Source: Methanococcus maripaludis
GTDB lineage: Archaea > AGJL01 > Methanococci > Methanococcales > Methanococcaceae
NCBI RefSeq assembly: GCF_002945325.1
Contig: NZ_CP026606.1
Span: forward strand, 1,620,001 to 1,652,000
Reading direction: 5' to 3'
Length of the DNA: 32,000 nt
Position numbers and translations under genes: made by a program. The notes under the pieces are model-generated. The model was not told where the DNA came from and ran no database searches. It worked only from the letters and a program-made list of their open reading frames with translations. Positions 1 to 8,080 of this stretch are shown in pieces; position 1 is the first letter of the stretch; every line of letters begins with the position of its first letter.

Positions 1-1181
1 TTAATGGGGGCTGTGACGTAACTACGATTGGCATGGTTCCAACTCCAGTTTTAGGTTATTCTGCAAAAGACTATGATTTGGGAATTATGATTACTGCATC
101 TCACAATCCACCTGAATACAACGGGATAAAGTTGTTTAATAAAAATGGAACTGCATTTGATCTTATGCAGGAAAAAAAACTTGAAGATATAATTAACAAT
201 GACGATTTTAATGAAGGTACCTGGGATAATATTGGCTGTATATTGGAAGACAAAACCGCAGTTAAAAAGTATTCTGAGTATATTTTACAAAGTTTGAATA
301 TAAATACGAATTTTAATGTTGTAGTTGATTGTGCAAACGCAGCAGGATGTGTGGTTTCTCCAACCATATTTACTGAAGCAGGTTGCAAAGTAATTTCTGT
401 AAATTCGCACTGTGATGGAAGATTTGTTGGAAGAATGCCTGAGCCAAATGAAACAAACTTGAAAGAAACCGTAGATATTATAAAAGGCTTAAATTCAAAC
501 GGTAGGAATTATATTGGGATTGCACATGATGGTGATGCTGACAGGATGATTGCAATTGATGAACTTGGAAGAGTTACCGATTTTGATAAACTTTTAGCGG
601 CATTTTGTAAATATCTGGTTCAAAAAACAGGTGCTGATAAAATTGTGACAACTGTTGATGCTTCAATGGCAATTGAGGAATATTTAAACGAATTTGGGGC
701 CAAAGTAATAAGGACAAAGATTGGAGATGTTGCAGTAGCTGAAGAACTTGAAAAAACAGGTGCTATTTTTGGAGGGGAACCTTCTGGAACGTGGATACAT
801 CGCGATATTCATTTAACGCCTGATGGAATTCTTTCGGGACTTAGGGTTTTAGAAATGATGGAATTTTACGGCAAAAAATTGCATGAAATTATTGATGAAG
901 TTCCGTCATACTATAATATGCGTGAAAAAATATCGTGCCAAGATAATTTAAAACAGGAAGTAATGGATTACATTTCAAAAGAAGGCGAAAAAATATTTGA
1001 AACGAAACCTGAAACTCTTGATGGGGTTAGATTTTCATTTGAAAAGGGCTGGATATTAATACGACCTTCAGGAACTGAAAGCTACGTTAGAGTTAGGGTT
1101 GAAGCAAAAGAAAAAGATTTTGCAGAAAAATTAATGAAAACAGGAATTTCAATGGTAAAAACAGGAATTTCTGGAAATTAG
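1..1181 (+). CDS. glmM: Phosphoglucosamine mutase / phosphomannomutase family, 5'-truncated by window edge
   Basis: Frame is open from base 3 (…GMVPTPVLGYS); phosphohexomutase active-site motif TASHNPPEYNGIK, metal-binding loop AHDGDADRM, sugar loop GEPSGTW, phosphate loop RPSGTESYVRV. Followed directly by glmU-like gene. Confidence 0.92.
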   Translation, partial: NGGCDVTTIGMVPTPVLGYSAKDYDLGIMITASHNPPEYNGIKLFNKNGTAFDLMQEKKLEDIINNDDFNEGTWDNIGCILEDKTAVKKYSEYILQSLNINTNFNVVVDCANAAGCVVSPTIFTEAGCKVISVNSHCDGRFVGRMPEPNETNLKETVDIIKGLNSNGRNYIGIAHDGDADRMIAIDELGRVTDFDKLLAAFCKYLVQKTGADKIVTTVDASMAIEEYLNEFGAKVIRTKIGDVAVAEELEKTGAIFGGEPSGTWIHRDIHLTPDGILSGLRVLEMMEFYGKKLHEIIDEVPSYYNMREKISCQDNLKQEVMDYISKEGEKIFETKPETLDGVRFSFEKGWILIRPSGTESYVRVRVEAKEKDFAEKLMKTGISMVKTGISGN

Positions 1182-1190
1182 GGGGTTAAT

Positions 1191-2426
1191 ATGGATGCAA
1201 TAATATTATGTGCTGGAAAAGGAACTAGGTTACATCCAATAACGGAATCACGCCCAAAACCAATGATTCCAATTGCTGGAAAGCCTATATTGGAACACAT
1301 TATTGAAAAAATCGAAAACCACGTTGAAAAAATATATCTGATTGTAGGGTATCAAAAAGAAAAAATTATTGAATATTTCAAAGATAACCCAAAAATTGAA
1401 TATATTTTACAGGAAAAACAGCTTGGAACCGGGCACGCGGTTTTAACTGCTAAAAATTTCATAAAAAACGATTTTTTAGTTTTAAATGGGGATGTAATTT
1501 TCGAAGATTCAATCGATGAAATTTTAACTTATGAAAATGCAGTTAGCTTGTCAAAAGTAGACAATCCTGAAAATTTTGGTGTAATCGAACTTGGGTATGA
1601 TAACAAAGTAATAAATTTACTCGAAAAACCAAAAAAAGAAGAAATAACTTCAAATCTCATTAACGCAGGAATTTATAAACTTCAAAATAGCGTATTTGGA
1701 ATTTTAGAAAATCTTGTTCCCTCAGAACGTGGGGAAATCGAGCTGACTGACGCTTTGAAGACGTTGGTTGAAAACGGAAAACTTCACGGTGTTGAGTTAA
1801 AAGGTTACTGGAACGATATCGGTCATCCCTGGGATGTTTTAAGTGCAAACAATCACTTTTTAAATAAAATAATCTCAAAAGTTTCTGGAAAAATCGAAGA
1901 TAATGTATCGATTACAGGAAACGTTATGATTGAAGAAGGGGCAGTAATAAAATCAAATTCTGTAATTGAAGGGCCTGTAATTATAAAATCAGGTTCAATT
2001 GTTGGGCCTTTAGCATATATACGTCCAAATACTGTTTTGATGAATAATACGTTTGTTGGAAATTCTTCTGAAATTAAGGGAAGCATTATATTTGAAAACA
2101 CGAAAATCCCGCATCTTTCTTACGTTGGGGACAGTATAATTGGTGCAAACTGTAATTTCGGCTGCAACACGATAACCGCGAATTTGAGATTTGACGATAA
2201 ACCCGTAATTGTAAATATCAAAGGAAAACCCGTAAAAAGTGTCAGAAAACTTGGAGCAATAATTGGAGATTGCGTAAAAACCGGAATTCAGGTTTCGTTC
2301 ATGCCTGGTGTTAAAATTGGCAGCAACTCATTAATTGGCGCAAATTGTCTAATTGATCGAGATATTGATCAGGATAGTTTTGTTTATAAAAAGGACGAAC
2401 TTGTAATTACTAAAAAGAGGAATTAA
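1191..2426 (+). CDS. glmU: Bifunctional sugar-1-phosphate nucleotidylyltransferase / acetyltransferase (archaeal GlmU-like)
   Basis: N-terminal nucleotidyltransferase signature LCAGKGTRLHPITESRPKPMIPIAGKPILEH; C-terminal left-handed beta-helix hexapeptide repeats (VSITGNVMIEEGAVIKSNSVIEGPVIIKSG…). Adjacent to glmM; preceded by gggggtt RBS-like sequence. Confidence 0.92.
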   Translation: MDAIILCAGKGTRLHPITESRPKPMIPIAGKPILEHIIEKIENHVEKIYLIVGYQKEKIIEYFKDNPKIEYILQEKQLGTGHAVLTAKNFIKNDFLVLNGDVIFEDSIDEILTYENAVSLSKVDNPENFGVIELGYDNKVINLLEKPKKEEITSNLINAGIYKLQNSVFGILENLVPSERGEIELTDALKTLVENGKLHGVELKGYWNDIGHPWDVLSANNHFLNKIISKVSGKIEDNVSITGNVMIEEGAVIKSNSVIEGPVIIKSGSIVGPLAYIRPNTVLMNNTFVGNSSEIKGSIIFENTKIPHLSYVGDSIIGANCNFGCNTITANLRFDDKPVIVNIKGKPVKSVRKLGAIIGDCVKTGIQVSFMPGVKIGSNSLIGANCLIDRDIDQDSFVYKKDELVITKKRN

Positions 2427-2427
2427 C

Positions 2428-2898
2428 ATGATAATTGGACCGAATATCACGAAAGATTTTTTATCTGATTTAAAAGAAGGTCAGCTTCAGCAGTGCGGGG
2501 TTGATTTAAAACTCGATAAAATTTATAAAATCGAAGGAAAAGGGGCGATTGATTTTTCAAATGAAAAACGGGTTCTTCCAGAACATGTTTTAATTTTTGA
2601 TTCAGAAAAGGATGAAAAAATTGACCTCGAATGCGGAATATATATTGTAAAAATTAAAGAAAAAATGAATATTCCTGAAAACATGGCCGGTTTTGCATAT
2701 CCTAGAAGTACGCTTCTTAGAATGGGTGTAACGCTTTATACTGCAGTGCACGATCCTGGATACGAAGGTTATGCAAGCTATTTAATGCATGTAATGAATC
2801 CTGTAACGATGTATAAATACGCTAAAATTGCACAGATTGTTTTTTCCGAAGTTAAAGATGGAAATGGAACTTACAACGGAATATATCACAAAAAATAA
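2428..2898 (+). CDS. dut: dUTPase / dCTP deaminase family protein
   Basis: dUTPase/DCD family features: QCGVDLKLDKIY, AGFAYPRSTLLRMGV, DPGYEGYASYLMHVMNP; starts 1 nt after glmU stop. Confidence 0.8.
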   Translation: MIIGPNITKDFLSDLKEGQLQQCGVDLKLDKIYKIEGKGAIDFSNEKRVLPEHVLIFDSEKDEKIDLECGIYIVKIKEKMNIPENMAGFAYPRSTLLRMGVTLYTAVHDPGYEGYASYLMHVMNPVTMYKYAKIAQIVFSEVKDGNGTYNGIYHKK

Positions 2899-2907
2899 TA
2901 AAAATGG

Positions 2908-2929
2908 AAGTTTCTTTTTTTCAAACTTT
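2908..2929. terminator. Possible weak hairpin plus T-runs between convergent genes
   Basis: AAGTTT (2908-2913) / AAACTT (2923-2928) inverted repeat with a 9-nt loop (ctttttttc) followed by T-run, just past the dut stop and opposite the Ehb/Mnh genes. Confidence 0.3.
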
Positions 2930-2965
2930 TTAAAAAAATTTTAAAAGGATTAATTATTTTTTAAA

Positions 2966-3214
2966 TTATTCATCAAGTCTTTGTGTTCTTCTAACTGTAA
3001 ATGCGAAAAATGCAGGTAAAACCGCTCCACCTAAAATTGCTTCTGTTAATGCAACATCTGGTGCAAGTAATGAGCTGAAAAGGAATGCAAGTCCAAGTCC
3101 GCCAAGTCCTGTTAAAACAACACACTTAATTAAGTCTTTTTGAATCAAAGCACCGATGTATGACATTAAAACGAGTGCCATTATCAAAAAATCAATATAA
3201 ATACTCATTTTCAC
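2966..3214 (-). CDS. DUF4040/MbhD-like membrane subunit of energy-converting hydrogenase (EhbD-like)
   Basis: 82-aa, multi-TM, ends in …EAILGGAVLPAFFAFTVRRTQRLDE typical of the MnhB/MbhD (DUF4040) family; pairs with MnhG-like gene upstream. Confidence 0.7.
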   Translation of the reverse strand: MKMSIYIDFLIMALVLMSYIGALIQKDLIKCVVLTGLGGLGLAFLFSSLLAPDVALTEAILGGAVLPAFFAFTVRRTQRLDE

Positions 3215-3217
3215 ACC

Positions 3218-3472
3218 TTACTGCTTTTTTAATTCATCGAAGTAGTCTGCATTAGCTATTGCATGTGCTGAGAATGGAACTAACACGAGATATGTTAAAG
3301 CAAGCAAATACTGTCTGAATACAAGCAATATCACGATACATGCGATATCAATAACCCCCGTTATATGGAGCCTTGCATAAACCATTTTTTCACGGTCTTT
3401 TTCAACCCAGAGCCTAAATGATGCTAACAATATCCCAATAGACGCAATTATTAGTACAATATCGTCAAACAT
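3218..3472 (-). CDS. MnhG/PhaG-family membrane subunit (EhbC-like)
   Basis: 84-aa multi-TM protein with motif YARLHITGVIDIACI typical of MnhG; 3 nt upstream of the DUF4040 gene. Confidence 0.68.
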   Translation of the reverse strand: MFDDIVLIIASIGILLASFRLWVEKDREKMVYARLHITGVIDIACIVILLVFRQYLLALTYLVLVPFSAHAIANADYFDELKKQ

Positions 3473-3618
3473 GAATTCACCAATTATATCAAAGATTTTT
3501 TAAAGATTAGGCAGATTTATTAATACAATTACCACTTAATCTGTATTCAACAATAATTTAAACGAGTAAACAGGATAGATTACATATATAATATCGACAA
3601 CAGAAATAATAACAATAA

Positions 3619-3661
3619 TAATGATTAATCATTATAATTCTTGATTATATATAATTATCTA
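3619..3661 (+). promoter_or_regulatory. Putative promoter/operator of the aminotransferase gene
   Basis: 18-bp perfect palindrome ataatgattaatcattat (3619-3636) followed by TATA-like gattatatataatt (about 3644-3657) and aaggtga RBS (3661-3667) before a GTG start at 3672. Confidence 0.45.
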
Positions 3662-3671
3662 AGGTGATTTT

Positions 3672-4799
3672 GTGATTGCAGAAAGGTGTTTGAGAACTGA
3701 ACAGTCTGAAATTCGTAAGATATTTAACATGGCAACAGAAAACTCGATAAATTTAGGGATTGGAGAGCCTGATTTTGATACTCCAAAGCATATCGTAGAA
3801 GCTGCTAAATTAGCTCTTGATGCTGGAAAAACGCACTACGTTCCAAATGCAGGAATCCCAGAATTAACTTCTGCAATTTCTGAAAAGTTGAAAAAAGATA
3901 ATAACTTAGATGTTTCCCAAAAAAACATTGTTACAACATGCGGAGCTTCTGAAGCACTCATGCTTTCATTATTTACTCTTGTAAACCGCGGTGAAGAAGT
4001 TTTAATTCCTGATCCCGGTTTTGTGTCCTACAAAGGGCTGACTGAACTTTGTGAAGGGAAAATGGTTCCAATTGATCTGGACGATAAATTTAGGATTGAT
4101 TTGGAATCTGTAAAAAACAGTATTTCTGAAAAAACAAAATGCATTGTTTTAAATTCGCCGTCAAACCCGACCGGAAGTGTGATGACGAAAGAAGAGATTA
4201 AAGGAATCTGTGAAATTGCAGAAGAAAAAAATATCTGCGTAATTTCTGATGAAATATACGAAAAGATAATTTATGGAAAAAAACACTATTCTGCAATGGA
4301 ATTTACTGAAAACTGTATATTAATTAATGGTTTTTCAAAAGCTTACTCAATGACTGGCTGGAGAGTCGGATACTTGGCAGTAAATGAAAATTTTGATAAA
4401 AAATACCAGATACTCGAAAACATGATGAAAATCCACCAGTACGGTTTTGCATGTGCAACATCATTCGCACAGTTTGGTGCAGTTGAAGCACTTAATGGGG
4501 ACCAAGTTTGCGTTTCAGAAATGGTGGCAGAATTTGAAAGAAGAAGAGATTTAATTTATTCAGGAATGAAAGAGATATTTAGCGTTCAAAAGCCAGAAGG
4601 GGCATTTTATATATTCCCTGACGTTAGCGAATATGGTAACGGAATGGATGTAGCAAAAAAACTCATTCAAAACGGAATTTTATGCGTTCCAGGTTCAGCC
4701 TTTGGTAAAAATGGCGAAAACAGCGTAAGATTCTCATACGCTACAAAATATGAAGACATAAAACGAGCATTAGAAATTATGAAAAACGTTCTTCTTTAA
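3672..4799 (+). CDS. PLP-dependent class I aminotransferase (aspartate aminotransferase-like)
   Basis: 375 aa; fold-type I motifs NSPSNPTGSVMTKEEI, ISDEIYEKIIY, NGFSKAYSMTGWRVGY (PLP lysine), RFSYATKYEDI; GTG start with aaggtga RBS. Confidence 0.88.
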   Translation: MIAERCLRTEQSEIRKIFNMATENSINLGIGEPDFDTPKHIVEAAKLALDAGKTHYVPNAGIPELTSAISEKLKKDNNLDVSQKNIVTTCGASEALMLSLFTLVNRGEEVLIPDPGFVSYKGLTELCEGKMVPIDLDDKFRIDLESVKNSISEKTKCIVLNSPSNPTGSVMTKEEIKGICEIAEEKNICVISDEIYEKIIYGKKHYSAMEFTENCILINGFSKAYSMTGWRVGYLAVNENFDKKYQILENMMKIHQYGFACATSFAQFGAVEALNGDQVCVSEMVAEFERRRDLIYSGMKEIFSVQKPEGAFYIFPDVSEYGNGMDVAKKLIQNGILCVPGSAFGKNGENSVRFSYATKYEDIKRALEIMKNVLL

Positions 4800-4812
4800 T
4801 TGAGATGATACA

Positions 4813-5232
4813 ATGATAATCAAGATAAAAACAAAGGTAAAACCAACCGAAGATGAAAATAAGGTTTTAAAAGCAGTAACAAACATATTTGCTGACGCAG
4901 AAATGGAAATTTCTGAAAATATCTATACTGGGGTTTCAAAAGATATTTCAAGATTTAAGGAACTTCTTAGAAGTCAGGCAATTTTGGATGCTGCAAGAAA
5001 CGTTCTTGAAAGAAATATTGTTGGAAATGCAACGAAATTTCATATAAACAAACAGGCAGCGTATTCAGGAATTTTAAACTTTGATAAGGATGTTCACGGC
5101 GGAATAAAGCTTGAATTTGTTTCTGAAGAAGATGAAGATATAATGAAATTGATTAAAGACATTGCGCCAAGAACAAGGGATGGCATCATAATTAACGAAG
5201 ATGAAGAAGCAATAGAAAAGAAAAATGAATAA
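4813..5232 (+). CDS. UPF0201 / COG1325 family protein (archaeal, predicted RNA-binding)
   Basis: 139 aa, characteristic …FHINKQAAYSGILNFDKDVHGGIKLEF and C-terminal IAPRTRDG; acidic C-terminus. Confidence 0.7.
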   Translation: MIIKIKTKVKPTEDENKVLKAVTNIFADAEMEISENIYTGVSKDISRFKELLRSQAILDAARNVLERNIVGNATKFHINKQAAYSGILNFDKDVHGGIKLEFVSEEDEDIMKLIKDIAPRTRDGIIINEDEEAIEKKNE

Positions 5233-5313
5233 TCTTTAAATTTTTTAAATTAATTATTTTTTAGTTAAACTTATATTTTTTTAAATCATAAATTTATACT
5301 TACATTATTACAT

Positions 5314-5946
5314 TTGGTGAGAATCGTGATGAGATACGTAGCATACAAAATACACCCGCAGGAATTTGCAGAAAACGAAATTTTTGAAAAATCGCTTATT
5401 TTAGATGGAAAAAGAATCCACAGGGTCAGGTTACTTGGAAATGTCAGTAATGTCGACAAATCAAACATTGTTTCATTCGAACTTGATGGAATTTCCGTAA
5501 AAGATTTTGAAAATAAATCATTAGACGTCGAAGAAAACGATTTATTAGACGTTGTTGGAAGAATCGGAGAATACAACGGTGAAAGATACGTTGCACTCGA
5601 AGTTTACAGCAAAAAAAATGAAAATAAAGATAAATGGATCGAACTTAGAAATTTAGAAATTGAAAAAACTAGGAATTATATAAAAGACGAAGAAACAATC
5701 ACCTACAACCGTGAAGAAATGTCTGGTGAACTTTCAATTGAAAGTGAAGCTTTAGAGGATCTTTACGGCGATTTAGATGTTAAAGATAAAATTTTGGATA
5801 TTATACGGGAAAATGATGGGATTACATATGAAGATTTAATTGATAATTCTGGGCTTGAAGATGTTGAACTTGACAACGTTTTGTCAGAATTAAAAGAAGA
5901 TGGGGAAATTTACGAGCCAAATCCTGGAAGTTACAGGATATTGTAA
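5314..5946 (+). CDS. OB-fold, RPA-associated-type protein (COG3390-like) with C-terminal winged-helix-like segment; likely start ATG at 5329
   Basis: MRYVAYKIHPQEFAENEIFE… with central IGRIGEYNGERYVALEVYSKK OB-fold-like motif; C-terminal winged-helix-like region DKILDIIRENDGITYEDLIDNSGLEDVELDNVLSELKEDGEIYEPNPGSYRIL. Confidence 0.6.
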   Translation: MVRIVMRYVAYKIHPQEFAENEIFEKSLILDGKRIHRVRLLGNVSNVDKSNIVSFELDGISVKDFENKSLDVEENDLLDVVGRIGEYNGERYVALEVYSKKNENKDKWIELRNLEIEKTRNYIKDEETITYNREEMSGELSIESEALEDLYGDLDVKDKILDIIRENDGITYEDLIDNSGLEDVELDNVLSELKEDGEIYEPNPGSYRIL

Positions 5947-5977
5947 TTTAATTTATTATTTTTTTGGAGGGGTACGT

Positions 5978-6904
5978 TTGAAAAAGATATATTACTATTC
6001 AATCGCAGTATTTTTGATAATTGCAATTTTAATGGTCGGACTCTTGGTTTTTGTATCTTCTGACGGAATATCGTCTAAAAATATTGCACTTATTAATATA
6101 GATGGAACAATAACACTTGAAAGTTCAGATTCTGGACTTTTTAGCTCAATTCAACCAGGGGTAAATGATTACGTGGAATGGTTAGATGACGCAGAGAATA
6201 ATGATAATATCAAAGCAGTAATTATAAAAATAAATTCACCGGGCGGAGGGGCTGTTGCAAGTGAAAAACTTTCCCGAAAAATAAAAGAAGTTTCCGAAAA
6301 AAAGCCGGTTGTTGCATACATCGAAAATATGGGTGCATCTGCAGCATACCAAGCTGCTTCATCAACTAATTATATCGTTGCAGAAAGACAGGCAGTTGTT
6401 GGAAGTATCGGTGTTAGGATGGAATTAATACACTACTACGGTTTAATGGAAAAACTTGGAATTAATACAACCAGCATAACTGGTGGAAAATATAAAGATA
6501 TCGGAACACCAACAAGGTCAATGACTGAAGAAGAGTATGCAATGCTTGAATCAATGGTCAATGAAAGTTACTACGAATTTGTGTCATGGGTTGCTGAAAA
6601 CAGGAACATGACGATAAATGAAACTTTAGAAGTTGCGGATGGTAAAATTTACAGCGGTACACAAGCTCAAAAAGTAGGGCTTGTTGATATGACTGGAACT
6701 GAAGATGATGCAGTTGATATGGCCGTAAAATTAGGAAATATTACGAATCCTGACATTTATGAATATGGTGAAACTTCAACTGTTAGTTTATTTGGAATGA
6801 CATTTAATGACTGCTTATACAGTTTTGGATATGGTCTTGGAATGGGCCTTTCTGAAAATTTAAATACAGAAGAAAGCTTTAAATCTTACCAGGTTTATTA
6901 TTGA
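5978..6904 (+). CDS. sppA: Signal peptide peptidase SppA (S49 family)
   Basis: TTG start at 5978 with ggagg RBS at 5966-5970 (the track's 5900 start overlaps the upstream gene); N-terminal TM, VIIKINSPGGGAVASEK, catalytic Ser context ENMGASAAYQAAS, catalytic Lys context GGKYKDIGTPTR. Confidence 0.88.
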   Translation: MKKIYYYSIAVFLIIAILMVGLLVFVSSDGISSKNIALINIDGTITLESSDSGLFSSIQPGVNDYVEWLDDAENNDNIKAVIIKINSPGGGAVASEKLSRKIKEVSEKKPVVAYIENMGASAAYQAASSTNYIVAERQAVVGSIGVRMELIHYYGLMEKLGINTTSITGGKYKDIGTPTRSMTEEEYAMLESMVNESYYEFVSWVAENRNMTINETLEVADGKIYSGTQAQKVGLVDMTGTEDDAVDMAVKLGNITNPDIYEYGETSTVSLFGMTFNDCLYSFGYGLGMGLSENLNTEESFKSYQVYY

Positions 6905-6947
6905 TAAACTTAATAAAACACGCTTTTTCTTTTTTATGGTGAGAAAT

Positions 6948-7904
6948 ATGCTTATTGAATCGGTTCTTTTTTTAGCAGCAGGTTTATTCATGCTATCCTA
7001 TGGTAGTGATTGGTTTGTTTTAGGTGCTTCACGCGTTGCAAAACAGTTTAACATTTCGAGTTTTGTAATTGGGGCTACAATTGTTGCATTTGGAACGTCA
7101 CTTCCTGAAATTGTAACAAGTGCATACGCTGCATCCACAGGTTCCGTTGAACTGGCAGTTGGAAATGCCCTTGGAAGTTGTATTGCAAATATCGGGCTAG
7201 TACTTGGTCTAAGCTTGATAATTTCCACAGTATTTATTAAAAATAGGTCTGTTCTTAAAAACGGTTATTTATACATAATTTACACGATAATTTTTACTGC
7301 AATCGGATATAACGGGTTTTCATTCTTTGACGGTATATTTTTACTGTTTTTACTTTTAGTTTATATAATATATACTATAAAATCCGGTGAAATGGACGAC
7401 GAAGAGCATGAAAAAAGTATAACGTTTAAAAAAGCAATAATTTACCTTTTAATAGGCCTATTACTCGTAATATTGGGAAGTAGTTTCTTTGTCGACGGTG
7501 CAAAAGGTCTTGCAAGTGCTTTTGGAGTTTCTGAAAAAATTATTGGATTTACAATCGTTGCATTTGGAACGTCACTTCCTGAACTTTCGGTTTCATTTGC
7601 TGCAGCAAGGCAGAAACTTGGTGGAATTGTTATTGGAAATGTGATTGGAAGTAATATTGCAAACATGTTTGGGGCTCTTGCAATTGCATCAATTATCCAT
7701 GAAATTCCGGCAGTTAAATTTGAGCTTTCAGTTAATATTTTGATGGTACTTTTGCTGGTAGCAATGATGAGTAAGGAAAAACTAAAAACACTATTGAAAT
7801 TAAACTCTACAAAAGAGTATCTGTCAAAAATTACAAAAGCAGATGGTTTAATTTTGATATTAATCTATCTTTTATTCGTTTTAGGGCTTACAGGACTCTT
7901 TTAA
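6948..7904 (+). CDS. Calcium/sodium antiporter (CaCA family, YrbG-like)
   Basis: Paired alpha-repeats GATIVAFGTSLPEIVTS and GFTIVAFGTSLPELSVS with GNALGSCIANIGLVLG / GNVIGSNIANMFGALA; multi-TM, internal duplication typical of family. Confidence 0.9.
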   Translation: MLIESVLFLAAGLFMLSYGSDWFVLGASRVAKQFNISSFVIGATIVAFGTSLPEIVTSAYAASTGSVELAVGNALGSCIANIGLVLGLSLIISTVFIKNRSVLKNGYLYIIYTIIFTAIGYNGFSFFDGIFLLFLLLVYIIYTIKSGEMDDEEHEKSITFKKAIIYLLIGLLLVILGSSFFVDGAKGLASAFGVSEKIIGFTIVAFGTSLPELSVSFAAARQKLGGIVIGNVIGSNIANMFGALAIASIIHEIPAVKFELSVNILMVLLLVAMMSKEKLKTLLKLNSTKEYLSKITKADGLILILIYLLFVLGLTGLF

Positions 7905-8080
7905 ATTTTCTTTTTTTATTATTTTTTCAATTTTAAAGCTGTATACCATACAACTTTTTTAAATCACCTTTTTTACCAATTATTTCTAAAAATCGTCGTT
8001 AAAAATATAAATTAGAAAAATCATAACTCTCGAGTATTCAATACATTTTAACACTAATCGAAAATGTTCGGGGTGAACAC

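Noticed and set aside
101-388. 95-aa minus-strand ORF antisense to glmM (and similar antisense ORFs at 1660-1878, 1853-2101, 5286-5576, 6998-7228, 7442-7666)
   Set aside because: Low-complexity, hydrophobic translations with no family motifs lying entirely opposite well-supported genes; shadows of codon bias in an AT-rich genome.
5900-5977. N-terminal extension of sppA overlapping the upstream OB-fold gene
   Set aside because: A strong RBS (ggagg) and TTG at 5978 immediately precede a proper TM segment; the extension is unnecessary.
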